Of a stretch of 64,000 nucleotides of DNA, positions 25,691 through 39,659 are shown in pieces (within the stretch, counting starts at the first letter, position 1; each line of letters opens with the position of its first letter). The position numbers and the translations under genes were made by a program. Location of the stretch: positions 28,770,001 to 28,834,000 of the forward strand of contig NC_087245.1 in assembly GCF_037042905.1 (NCBI RefSeq), given 5' to 3'. Origin of the DNA: Lytechinus pictus (lineage: Eukaryota). The notes under the pieces were generated by a model that saw only the letters and a program-made list of their open reading frames with translations, did no database searches and was not told where the DNA came from.

Positions 25691-28600
25691 GAAAAAGATA
25701 TGATAAATGGTTGCATGATAAAACATCGGACGGGGGTGACACTTGGTGAATTAACACAATGATAGATTCTCACTTGAATTTAAAAAACAAACAAACAAAC
25801 AAACAAATACATGAAACAGAAAATTTAAGACACTACACAAGACAATGTCTTAGTAAGAGAATTATCATTGAATTATAAAAAAATATATCATTAAGATTCT
25901 AATCGGTCTAAGAGGTCGTTCGGATATCGGCATCTCAAAAGCAAATCACTAATACTCGTGCATATTTCTAAATGGAATCATGTTTTTTATACGCCATTTC
26001 TTTCATGATTACCATGTGTGAACTTAAGAGATGATATCATTTCACAAAGCAATCCACACTCAACTTCAAGAAGTCAACCTGGCATCCTTCGACCATGACC
26101 GAGTTTGGATATCGCCAGATGGCACCAATGAAATCAAGACGTCATTATCACGAGACACTTCAACTGTTTATCTATTCTTCGTGACCCTAAAATCTACGGA
26201 TACATTTCCCTGCTCTGTCGGATCGATGTTAAAGTGAATTCAGCGAGTCTTTCAACGGAAAATACAATGGTTTGTCTGTCATGTGTGAACTATATACAAA
26301 GGCCTATATATTTTCGCATATGGAAGAGGGTTCGCAGATAGTTTTTAACACTAATATGGCTAAATAGTTATGAATTTGATTTGAATTGACTTCTCCTCAT
26401 GTCTGTTTTTCACTCTTATTTTCATCAACAAATTATATATCGGAGCATAATATTCATTCTACAAATTCGATAAAAAGTACTCTTTTGAAAGGGATGGGTG
26501 ACGAATAAAGTGTTAATGAATAGGCCTATATCCGATCAAGATATTTAAGATTTACTGATCTGTTGTAATACATAGAGACTTTTGTTAACTTTGACCAATT
26601 TTCAATCGTATTTTATTCACCAACACATTGCTATTTTGACAAATCATTTTAACTAAACATCGTATAAATTTAAGAAATTCCTGAAGGCGATTGCGCCGAT
26701 AGCGTTCACATTGGTTTGTCATGATCTCACTGGACATGCACGGATGTCAAGAGTGAGATCGGATAACACTGAAAGAGGAAATCAGAATAAAATAATGGCA
26801 TACATTTATGATAAACCCAAGTATAGCAGGAAATCAGCACTTAAGTCCAGATCAAAACTAACTTGACAACCCCTGATCGATGGCGTATCTACAGTTAGTG
26901 CAGGCGGGAGGGGGGGGGGTAATTAGAGTAGGGGCTATCTATATATTTTGTGCGATTCTGATTCTTTTTACTGGGGATTAAAGAGGAAGAAATCAAAATG
27001 CACGCAGATGTCATGCGCGTATTCGGGGGGGGGGGGGGTGGGGTGAAAAAGGGGGCGCCAAAAAGAGGAAGAAAAGTTCACAGGGGCACCAAAATTAGGT
27101 CTCCCCCTGGGTGTAAAATCCTGTATACGCGCCTAGAAGTGGTTACTAATTAATATCGATAACAGAACAAATGAATTTTATTTTTTTGAATGAAAAGTCG
27201 TAATTTGGTATATAAATTTAATAGTTCCAAATAATTTTTATCTTATTGGCGACTGAAGTTGTCTTGTTTCATTTTACTGCAATATTGTTCAAGTCAGTTA
27301 ATTAATAGATTTTTCATAGCGAAAATACCGGTATGGTTAGTGTATACATCTCTTACACTCCCATTAATTCCTTGAATATCTTGTTGCATTTTGCAACTTC
27401 ATTGTTGTTGCAAAAATGGAAAACAAGCGGTGAAATTGTTAGCAGACGTGTTTAATCACCGGGCCAGCAATCCTTGAGGCAAAGTCAAGTCAAGTAAGGA
27501 CTTGGGTATTAAAGAAACAGCATAATGTGATCATCATTCACGCAAAAATTGGGCATAAAATTCGAACAGAGCTTCAAAACCAAGGAACAATACCAGCACC
27601 GTGTTCAACGTATTAAACAAGTACACCCAGTCGCACACACACACTCGTACACAATCCGAGATGAGGATGAGATCAGCTGTTTTAAATGCATTACCAAGGA
27701 GTTACCAGCACTCACCATGTCACTCACGTCTCCGGGCGATGATCGTATGCACGGTTATCTGTTTAGCTACGTGATGGAAGTGCGAAAAATATCCGCCTCC
27801 TCTTGATATAGCCAAGATTCGGTAGTATTAACATCTGAATTATAAGCTTCCTTATGCGGGCTACTTTTTCCCAAATCTTTCGGCAAGCTGGATACTGTAC
27901 GGTTGTCCTGCTGATACAGTTAGGCAGCACAGAATAAACCCTCATTCATCCTTGTGTGCTTCTCCTCGCCACAGCTGGTACTGGTATCGCGCGCGGGGCG
28001 GCTAGGATGAACGAGAAAGGAGGTTGCTTGGTGACCTGGGAGAGCTTGGCTTATCTTCTCCGGTAACAGCTGAGGTCATCTCGGGTCACAGGGCAGGGGT
28101 TAGCTGGTACCTGGTACCCTTGACGAAGACATAAGAAATAGACGGGCGGAGTTAAAAATAGATTTGGTGGCGTGACTTGTGTTTACTTCTTCTTCTCGGG
28201 AGTGAATGTTGAAAAATAATCTGCAATATCATCTTGTATCTTATGCTGATGGACCAGATCCAAATCAAAATACATATCAAGAAGAATATATACGTAACGT
28301 TAAAAGGAAATCAAATACACTGAGACACGTACCTGCACACTAAAGTTATGATGCGAGGAGCGAAACGAGTGAGCATGCATAATTTGATTAGTACAGAAAC
28401 CTGATGTGGTGACAAAGTCGACGTTCACCCTGACAAAACGTTTATTGTAACAAAAATAATTTGAAATATGATTGGTGAAAATTATAAGGAAATCCATCAA
28501 AGATTAAAAAATTACTTGAATTTTTTTGTGACGTCATATATGCGAGCAGCTTCCCATGTATCGTGAATTAAAGAAAAAATAATTGAAATGTCATTTTTTT

Positions 28601-29776
28601 TTTCAAAAAATGAAAATGATTTTTATTGTACCTTTAGTATATATCAACAGACAATTAATCTTACACCTACTCCAGAAAGAAGGAAATTTTAGTAATCATG
28701 AACCATTACCAATTTCAAATTTATGTATTTTATATTACATAACATAATGGGCCGCTGCTTGTTTATGAGTCAAAAATAAAAAACTTATAGAATTCTAATA
28801 ACTTTCTTAATCTTTTGTGGATTTTCCTCACCAATATTATTTTTCTGCTACTTTTACAATAAAGTTTTTGCCAGGGTGAACTTCCCCTATATGGAACAGG
28901 GTTTATTTCTAAACTCATGCCTGTCAATAATAATGATAATGATAGTCGGTTCTTATATAGCGCATAACACATAATAAAGATGTCTCTATGCGCTGGAGAA
29001 ATAAAGGAAAGAAAGAGATGTGTTGGTGAGTTCACTTTGTTGAGGTTTGGTGCAATTTTGATAAGTAAGGGCCGTTTGTATTTGTCAATTACTGAATCAA
29101 TAGTTTTCAGATATTTTTAGAGTTTGTTCCAGAAACCAGGGGCTGTAAGAGCAAATTCATCATGTGTTTTGTTGCATATCATTATTGAAAATAAAATCAT
29201 AGTAACAAAGATATCTTGAACTTCTACATGTTCTAGGAGCAATTGTTTTGTCATACGAAACTTGGCCTGCTTGTTTCACCCAAACAAAAATGGGTTCCAC
29301 AAAAAATGTTTGCAAACTTTTTATTCGCGCGTATCGACTACTACCATTGTTTACGTCAGAGTCACGTGCGCGCTGTGTCTACTTGTAATTTAAGCATCGC
29401 ATGTAGATCTATTATCTTCTTGGAAGAAATTTTGTTCATGATGAATGTCACTGTATCAACTATGATTCGTATTTTGTTTGGATAAAAACGTTGGAGAAAA
29501 TGTAAAGAGTGACAGTATGAGAACGAAGAAGAAAAATAAATTGAAGGGGGAGAACACGAGGAAGAAGGAGAGTTAGCAGGTGAACAAAAAGAAGATGACG
29601 GAGAAGAAACTGTGATGGAAATGGAGAACATTGATTTACAAATATGATAATGATAAGCCTATATCCCATAACAATTAGTTATCAATAGCGAGTAGTTAGC
29701 AATGTGGTTTTCTCCTTGGGCTGCAACCCGGTATTATGATTATGGATGTAAATTTATGATAATCTATATACATTAG

Positions 29777-32700
29777 GTGGTTTCTTTGGCATCGGAGAAT
29801 GAAGCCGACAGACTTCCAGCACTTCTCAAAAAGCTCCCGGAGCAGGCCAGCCACAGTCGTCGATTCCACAGAGATCCACCGTCGAGCTGCCACCATGGTC
29901 TACCAAAAACCGATTGGTCAAAAGGATCGGCCAATCAGAAGCCAGGAAGGAAAACCCAGCCCTGTTATTGGCCAAGAGGATGTGCGACGAGTGAGGAGGG
30001 CCCGCCCATCAACCTCCTACTCAAAATACATCCGAGTTTCATCCGGTTACTTCCTTTAGGCTTTACCATCGTAAGCTTAAGAATTGTCTCATTTTTCGAT
30101 TTTAAGGTGAAATACTTTACACCCTTAATTAAAATGATTTCTTAATCTTTAAATTGTCTTTATTTTCCGTTTTATTTACTCATTTATTAGTTATTAATTT
30201 ATTCATTTTTATTGTATTTTATTCATCATGGGGGCGAGGGTAACTTCATGTTGAGTTGTTGTATCGAGTAACATTAACAGGCGGCCTGTAATAATCATTG
30301 CTTTTAAAGGAGGCGGTGGTTCATCCTGACGATAAGTTGGTTCTGACGAAAAGAAAAACATACTGAACAATGAAAATCCATCAAACAATAACAGAGTTGT
30401 GATATTTTTTTTTCGTTTTTAATCTTTGACGTCATATACGAGGAACTTCCCCATAATTACAGTATTTGATTTATAATTTTGCTGATTTTTATGTTTAATT
30501 ATTATGAATGATCATTCATAAAAATCAGCCCTAAATCAATCGTTGAGCAATATGTTATCAGCAGACAGCAAATTAGATTCGAGTATACTAATACTTTTTT
30601 GAATAGGCATAAGCTTACAAAACAACCGTTTTTAAAGCATAATGATCGACCTTCATTATAGAGTTCAATTTTCAATTTCATGCTTCTTTATTTCAATTTA
30701 TCACCATCTTAACTGATCGTCTGGTCAACGATGATAGCGAGAACGAGTTCTCAGACAATGAATTATCTAGCGATGATGATTACGTGGAGGAAGCCGACAT
30801 TGAATCCGATGGCTATGAGATCGACACCAGTATCAGAGTCCACAGGTTTACTCACAAAGCGACTCGCAAGTCCAAGGGTACGTAGTCGGTGAGCAAATGG
30901 GTTACTCCAGTATGATGATAATATGATTTGAACAGATGAACTAAAACGCGAAAAACAAAGCACTGAAAATTATATGATGATCTGACAAGGAATTTATTGA
31001 AGTTATGACAGTAATTTAAAGGGTATGCATGATTTCGGTGAAACAGTTCTATGCATGCCCTCATGAATAGGCAATGAGCAATTTTACATTATATGAAATA
31101 TTATATTATGTGACAATCGAAGGGAAAGATAATACTGACAAAGACAAATAATATTTATATATCAAGCATGTGAAATAGTAAATAAGGTAAAATACAGGGG
31201 CCAGCTATTATAAGCAGAAATCTGTTTGAAGCAGTAGCTTCAAGCCGCTTGTTAGCTAGTTGCATGATTTTCACATTTTTTCAATGACATTTAAAGGTGG
31301 ACATTATTTATCTCTCGTTTTAATTATTCATATAATATGGCTATCAATTCATTCATCAAAGTCCAATTGTTAATTTTTTTCCAATTACTTGCAACTATCA
31401 AAACTTTTGTCTTTATACATAGACAGGTAAATGCAAGGGCAAGGGAGGCCTGTCCAAGAGCTCTAAAGACAAGGCTGACGAGTGCAATGAGACACGCCCT
31501 GTCATTGGTCATTTGACGACGGACAAGGTGGACGATGACGTCATCGATCGGACAGGTTAGGTTCTTTACTAGTTATTAATCATGAGTATTTATAAAGCGC
31601 CTTTATGATAGCAAATTAAATATGATGCACAAGGCTTGCAAAAGGGAGTGAGGGTGAGAAAAAGAGAGGGAAAGAGTGAGAAAGAGAGAGAGCTGGAGAG
31701 AGAAAACAGACACGGAGAGGGAGACAAACAGTTGAATTTAGCCAGCGTATTGATGATGACGAATTTTTTTGTTTTGTTTTATAGTGATGAAAATAATGAT
31801 AGCAAAAGCTATGAAGATGATAATAATTATATCAATAACGACAATGATTCATGTTGTAATAAGGATGGAAAAAAATAAAATTGAGGAATGTTTATCAAAA
31901 TACACCGCGTCATTTTATAATTACGGTTTGAAGTAGTCTTTTCACTTTTCTTCCAGGCCTGTTTTATAAGAAAATATTTATTGATTTTTGTTAACTGATT
32001 TGAAAATGTTTAATTTGGCAGAAAATAAAAGGCACAACAGACTAACCTGCACTGAACTGTTGAAATCGTTTGTTTCTTATTAATGTTCCCAAGCACTATT
32101 CCATAAGTTGTTTATGTTAAACGAAACTTAATGTTAGAATACGCTTTAGAAGAATTCCCCGGGTTACTTACCTGAGTATGACGGTTTAAACCTACCCTGG
32201 CTGCTCACGTAATTTGCACCTTCTCCACTTCCGGGAAGTATCCAAGCATGCCATCCTCTTAGACACCCGCAAACATCATGCTGACCAGATACTTGTCTTG
32301 CTATAATTCATTTAACAGAATAGTAGCTGCTATCTCTCTAGCAAGTCAATCGCCAATGACGTCACGAGTGATAATGATGACACTGACGACGCATCCTCCG
32401 AGGTCGACGACCGGTTCGTTGAAGAGAACGACGTCATTTTCTTGGTCTCATTGTCCTGGTTCATGCACGTTATCATGGGCTTCCATCTCATCTGCTTCTT
32501 CGCTGACTTCGCCAAGGTGTTGGAAAATAAGACCGATAATGATAGCGATGATGATGATGACAACGATAAGAAGGTAGAGGCCGTAGTCGTTGTTAAAAGG
32601 AATGCCGTCGTCAAGCATTTGGAGACAAGTGATCTCACACCACCAGGTAAGGCCTACCCAAAAATATAAATGAATAAAGAAATGAATAAAATATATATAT

Positions 32701-35700
32701 TAAAAAATAGGTTCTACTCAACCATCCGACCCGTTGCCATATAAATGTATGTAAGTCATCTGACTGTTTAATCCATACAAAAAAAAAAAAAAAAAAAAAA
32801 AAAACGCGTCTCAAAGCTGAAACCTTCAAAATATAAAAACTGTGGTCAGCTTCCAATGTTTAAGATATTTGTTTGTTGTGTGTGTTCTGTTTCTCCATGA
32901 GCCTTGAGCACTCTTCAGAGTGGATTTGGCGCTTTATAAATTAAATTATTATGATTTATAATGATTTTTTTTTAATTGCATTTTATTTTACAACCATGCA
33001 TTTTTTCGGGGAACTAAGAGATGATAAATAAACAGTGATAGATAGTGACGGTGGAGTCTAAATTTGGGTATTATGTTTAATGATATAATACGTTGGCAAA
33101 GAACCGTCTGCCATTTTGTACTTTCTCAATGTACCCGATTGTTTTGATCCTTATATTATTGATTCATTTTGTTTGATTTAACTTCGTCTTATGGAGGAGC
33201 GCTGCCCTTTTATTTCTCTTGGCAGTTAGGAGTATAGGCCTAAGTATTTTTATGATTCACATGAATAGTAATCAGGTTATCATCATGCTAAATATTTTTC
33301 ACTGGTTAATGAAATTACCATCATCAGGACACCTAGACGAGGCCATCTACGAAGTATCTGAGACCCACATCGATCAGCCTTCGACCTCTTACAAGAGAGA
33401 CAAGCACGCCACCTCCGACTTCCTCGTCCAAAGTAAGTATTTCAGACTAATCATTATCATAATAATAATGATGACAGGCCTTATAATAGCAATGCTTTTG
33501 ATAATGATATCAATAATAATATTGGCACATTCACGATGAAATAAGAACAAAGCCCTCAGTTCCCCTGACATGCATTCTTATATTTTGTACAGTCGCTGAC
33601 TGGCGGTTGGTGGGTGAAAGGTTTGAATCCTGCTTGTTTGCCGGGTTGAGGGCCATAGATTGTGTTTACAATATAATAAAACTTCCACAGCAAGCCTTTA
33701 ACATTCCATAATACATCTTGTTTTATCTATTTTCAATGCTTACATTATTACGGCAATTACTATAGATTTGTTATACATGTATGTTACCTATATGTATATT
33801 GTATATTTAGAAAAACTGATACCGACTTGAATGCAGAAATAAAATCAAATTAGTTTATTTTGTATGATTATTTTGTGTATAAAGAATACAAATAGCTAAT
33901 CAAGAGTAAATCCAATTAATTCAATGTAAGTGAATGATTAATTTATTAAGGGACAAGCATAAGTTAAAGCATTATCGAAGATTATACTGGAACAGAAACA
34001 TAAATATGAAAAGAAGAAAAGGGGAAATGCATACGAAAAAGGTTGTTGGTTGCTATGAAATGATGAAGGAAAACATACAAGACAAACTATTGTCTTTGTC
34101 TTTGTAGCCAATCAAAATATAAACTCTTGTTTGTTTATTTGTTATGAACCGTTATTTGTAGTTTGCAGAGCGCTTTATGGACATTTCAGGTTATGAGTAC
34201 ATATGGTGGAGCGGCACCCACGGCTGGCCGGGTGGAGGGGGCACCCATAGTCAGCGGCCGAGCTAGTATAGGGGGCACGGGTGATGAGGATGAATGACGG
34301 AGAGAACATGAAATTCAGCCAACACCAATACGAGGTAAAAGGTTAGCTTTCTGTCTTTAATTTGGCGGAGCAATTGAATAGGTAAAAAAAAATTATTCAA
34401 CCAATGATCACCCATTCTTAAAGGTTAAGTCCACCCCTACAGAAAGTTAATTTGAATCAAAAAATAGAAAAAATATTGAGCTTGAAATTTCATCAAAATT
34501 GAATAGTGTTTTTATTCCCTAATTTCTGCACAAAACAGTTATTATCTACAACCCAGGGATATGGATATGAGGGAGTCGATGACGTCTCTTCACTATTTCT
34601 TTTGTATTTCATTGTTTGAATTATAGAATTATCAATTATATCAATCTGTTTCTTTAAATAATCAACTTTATGCGTACTGATCATTTATGTTGACATGCTA
34701 TAAAATCCGTACAAAACAGCGAATTGAGCACAAGTTCCAATTATTTGTTCATTCTTTCTTTACTGCCCTTTCATAGAGCTACCTAAAGATTACCCTCCAT
34801 CAATGTATGCTCAGGATAGACCAAGAGGGGTGCCTTCGAACTAGAGAACACTACTGGACTAACGAACAAGTCAAGGGAAAGGGATTTCAAACTAGAGGAC
34901 AGTCTGCTGGGCTGACCAATAGGGCAAGATAAGGTGCTTTCGAACCATATGGAACACTCTACAGGGTGGACCAAATTTGGCGAGAATATGGCGAGGATAG
35001 GTGGCTTCGAACTAGGTGACACTCTACAGAGACACTTATTGGTCATGTTGGTCACAGACTGTCCAAGGATCATCGTTGATCTTAGTCGATGGGAGCTATC
35101 AACAATGACCAACATGGAGAAGGGAGGTGCCTTCGAACTCTACAGAGACAACTCTTTGCATGGGCATAGACCTTATAGGGATTTCAACTGATATCATTCG
35201 ATGGGTGCTATCAGGACTGAACAACATGAATAGGGGAGGTGCCTTCGAATGAGATGACAGTTTAGAAACCATGTATTGGCCATGGACCATTTTTTTTAAA
35301 GGATATCCATTTAAGGATATCCATCGATCTCAATCGATGGGATCTATCAGGGCTTATCAACATCGAGAGCATGGTGCCTTCGAACTAGAGAACTCTACAA
35401 AGACAATTTATTGGTCATAGACCATGTAAGGTCTCCATCGATGGCGAACTGACCAGTTTGGCGAGGAGGTGTTTTAGAATTAGAGGTCAGGGCTGACCAA
35501 CATGTCAAGGGAAGGTGCGCCACTGCTTACGAACTAGAGATCACTCTACAGAGGCCTCTCATCTGCTAGAGAGTGATTGTAAGACCTCCTCCGATGGATG
35601 TTATCAGAGCTGACCAACACGGCTAGGGGAAGGGCCTTCAAAGTAGAGGACACTTTACAGAGACCACTCATTGGCCATGTAGCGATTGAAAGAACCCCTT

Positions 35701-37300
35701 CGATGGGTGATATCATAGCTGGCCAACATGACGAGGGGAGATGCCTTCAAACTAGAGGACACTCTACAGAGACCACTCATGGGCCATGTAGCGATCTAAA
35801 GATCCCTTCGATCGATGGGTGTCATCAGAGCTGACCAACATGCCGAGTGCAGGCGGCTTCGATGTGTACAACAGGACTCTCCATCGAGACCACTCATTGG
35901 TGAGCATTTTAGCGTGGATATGGGTAGGTCAATTATAATTAATTGAGTAAGCGTCTAGAAACATCGTTACAGTATAATAGCGTCTATAGTAAAAGCGAAA
36001 TCTAAATATTGTTTTTTACCATCATTATTGATAAAATCATTGACATCATCATTATTGATATCATTGAATGGTCATTATCACTCAATTCGATGGGATCAAC
36101 AGTCATTAACCAAGCATTTTTGATATATTGAATCATTTATTGAACTGTTGAACGAACATGTCAATAATTCATTTAACAAATCTATAATTATTGAATGAAT
36201 GAAGAAATAAATAACTTTTGAATGGCGTGCATTCGGAATCAGTAACTCTGTTGAAAGAATCTATCAAAATGTACTTATTTATATGTTTATTTATTCAGTT
36301 GTTTATCTTTTCATTTCCATTATTCATTCATCTACATTTAAACAGGTTCACAAGATAAAAGCTACTATTACTCTTTTGCATCTTGGTCCTGGTATTCACG
36401 TTACGTCAATTCTCATCCGAAGATCTTGCCAACGTAACTTTCGGGGGCTCAAAAACGCTATATCTGAGAAAACCTTATTTTTAACCAGGGTGTCGTAACA
36501 TTTCCAGAAAATGGCAAAGTGATCAGATGGCGCCGATTAAAAAGAATGCCTGCGCTTATGGCAAAGAGAACATAATATTTGGTGAGCGTCATTCTACTTG
36601 TAACACCCCTCAATATTAATGGAGTGATAATTTATGTTATGCTGGTATTTGTCTCTAAATACCTGTTTGTATGATCATCTTGACTATATAAATTCTCTGG
36701 ATATAAATTCGTTATATGTTTTATTGCTTATATCAAGATGCACAAAACCCATATTGTAATCATTGGAAATGGAAATAAATGCATTATTAGGTGAAGGTGA
36801 TTGAAAATTCTTGAATCTTGAATGGCTTTCATAAAACCAGGTATTGAAAAACACAGATATTGTAAACTCTATACCTGTGTACAAATTGATTTTTTAATGC
36901 ATTTTTTTCTTTTTGTTTTTCAGATTCGGATACAGATTAGGTCTATCAGAAAGAAGGAGATGCCCGATGAAAATGAAAATTCATTCAAAGCCAGCTCACC
37001 AGAGAGACATAAATACATGACAGTGAAATGTATTCAGAATGATCTAATTGGAGAGGAATATGATGACAACCAACATGCATTCAGAGTCGGCTCATCGGCT
37101 AGAATTCATAACGTCAGAAACAATGCATTCAGATTCAGCCAATCAAAGAGGGACAAGTATACATGATCATCACTACGGAAATGCATTCAGAGACAGTTTA
37201 TAGGAGATGAATAAGATAATGAATGATGTCAGTAAAAATGCATTCATAATTATCCAATGGGTACATGGATGATAACACTGAAAATGCATTCATAGTCAGT
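29777..37300 (+). pseudogene. Decayed multi-exon gene for an acidic, repeat-containing protein of unknown family
   Basis: Candidate exons 29777-30070, 30708-30877, 31427-31555, 32319-32646, 33328-33432, 34777-35899 and 36924-about 37300 have pyrimidine tracts and GT donors. They encode D/E/S-rich peptides (e.g. NDDSENEFSDNELSSDDDYVEEADIESD). Lesions: TAG at 30057-30059, CAT instead of CAG at 30705-30707, and one extra base at the 32319 exon. Confidence 0.6.
34780..35899 (+). repeat. Degenerate tandem repeat of about 110 bp (about 10-12 units, some truncated)
   Basis: CTGACCAACATG...GGTGCCTTCGAACTAGAGGACACTCTACAGAGACCACTCATTGG recurs, with cores near 34829, 35000, 35126, 35237, 35372, 35633, 35740 and 35852. 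Confidence 0.85.
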
Positions 37301-39659
37301 ACACTCATCCTTGAGGGTTCATACCCGTTGGGGGGGGGGCAAAAGTCATGTATTATTGGAGTGAAAACAAAATCGGTCTACATACACTATGCCTTTCTTT
37401 CAACGGAATTTAATAGAATTAGGATTAATGACATAATCGGATTACTTGAGATGAATAATGACAAAGCAAATTTTTTATCAAATTAAAGTTGAAATTGATA
37501 ACAATCTAACATATGATAAGAATCTAACACAATCAGATCAAGAGAAATGGGAAGAGGGACAGAGAGAGAGAGTATGTGTGAGTGGGAGTGTGTGAGTGAG
37601 TGAGGGTGCAGGTGCACGTGAGGGTGTGTGTTATGTCTCTCTTTCTCTCTGGTTGTGTATGTGTGCGAGGGTGTAAGTGTGGGTGTGTGTATTTCGCATG
37701 ATTGTCCGTTTCTTATAATGTAAAACATCTTTAGCAAAGGGATTTTCGTTTCCTCTACAAAGGGATTTAGGAACACCTATACATTCTTTCAATTTACCGG
37801 ACTGTATGGGTATTTTCATTACTATTTATTTTTACTCCTTAAAAAAAAAATCTTTTCAACTTTCTCACTTTTTTAAAACATTCATTCAATTTCATAAGAG
37901 GGAGAGAAAAAAAAGTAATCCGCACTTGTTTTACATAGCCACAAGTCACTGTTGGCTTGAAGACTAAAGGTAGGCCCTACCATTTGGATTGCCATGTCAA
38001 TAACTGAATGAAAAATCTGTATTTACAAGACCTCTTCCCCTCCACCCCACCCCACCCTATTATAACAATTGGTATTCATGCAGCAGCTGCATTACAGTGA
38101 ACTTTGGCGATGATACCCTTGACACTATGAAGAGAAGAGCATATGAAGGAGGAATATAGTTTAATTAACATCCGTGACGGGGTCTTCTATCATTTCAAAA
38201 TATATCAAACTCTCACATTCCGGCCTCACCAAATAATATTGACAAAAACCCCGATAGTACCGGATATCATGAGTACCATATGTCAGCGAGATGTTTACAA
38301 AAGTAGATCGGAGTGTTCAGAATGGAAAATATGAAAATAGCAATTAGCCACGACTGCGATTTGAAGTAACCCGTGCAATTTTCTTAAATTTTTCACTAGG
38401 CCTATCTCCAGCTTTGTTAAATACAAAAGACTTCCAATTCTCACCTTTTTTTAAGTAAGTGTAGGAAGAGCCGTGAATGGGTCATCAGCTACAGCCATTC
38501 AGGGTCTTTCACAATCGCTTTTGCGATCATTTGGTTACAATATATGTTGCACACAATCGCAACGGTTGTAAGCAGTCGCACCACCATTGTGAAAGCAGCT
38601 TACTTGCGAGTTGTAAGAGTAATGACCAAGCAAGGCAATTTTCAAATTTGAATAATAGAATCTTAGCATAATGGCGGACTAAACACATTTTGCAATGCTT
38701 CTAAAGATTCAAGAGCAATGCATTATGAACTCATGAAGTACTTTACAAAATATTTGATATACTCTTATAATTCTCACAAATTCATCTGTAGGGCTTGCAA
38801 TTCTGCAAAATATATGCCGTTCAATTCAATCACTCATTTAAAAACAAAATGAAACAGAAATTACCAGAATACATTGTGGTAAGGTTCTCACCCCATCTCT
38901 CTCTCTCTTTTAGTCGTTTGACATTTTTCGAACCTAGAAATTGTTCTTTACGATGAAGTTTTTTATTGATTTGTCTTCGCATGGGGTTCAAGAACGAATT
39001 CAGCTTGGTTGCCCAAACGGCAACTATGACATGTTTGATAATTTGCATAAATCCAAAATGGCAGCCAGATGCCATCTTGAAAACTTAACCTCTGAACACC
39101 TTGCCCCAGAATGATAAGTAATACCTCTTTTAAGGGGTTTTGGGGTGTGAATCCATTTACATTTCCATTATCCATTGTGCGAAATTAGGTCATATTCATA
39201 TCAAATTCAAGATGGCCGCCATACGTAGGCCCTACGCCATCTTGAAAAAATAACTTTTGAATCCTTTGCCCTAGAATCATGAATGATACCCGTTTTCATG
39301 AATTAGTTAGTATGTTGATTCCATTTCTGATATAAATTTTGCAATATACGATCATCTTCAGATTAAATCCAAGATGGCCGCAAAACGCCATCTTGGACAT
39401 TTACTTTCCGAGACTTAATATGTAGGAGCTCATAATGTAAGGGGATTTCAATATGAATGATTATGATTATGGTTGCCAGATTTCGTCATTAACCGCTCAT
39501 ATTCGAATGAAACCGCTAAAGGTCTGGGCAATGGTCCATTTCTGGTGATTTTATCAACGTTTTCTGTCTATCCATACTTTTTTTTTTACTGAAGAGACTT
39601 CAAATAATTCTTTGAATTAAAAGTGTTTTCTCCATATTTTTCAGAAATCAAATTGGCCA

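Noticed and set aside
34780..35899. CRISPR-like repeat-spacer appearance (also the motif arrays at 1900-3695 and 22545-23030)
   Set aside because: The repeats are degenerate, the intervening sequences are related to each other or irregular in length, there are no cas genes, and the context is eukaryotic with introns.
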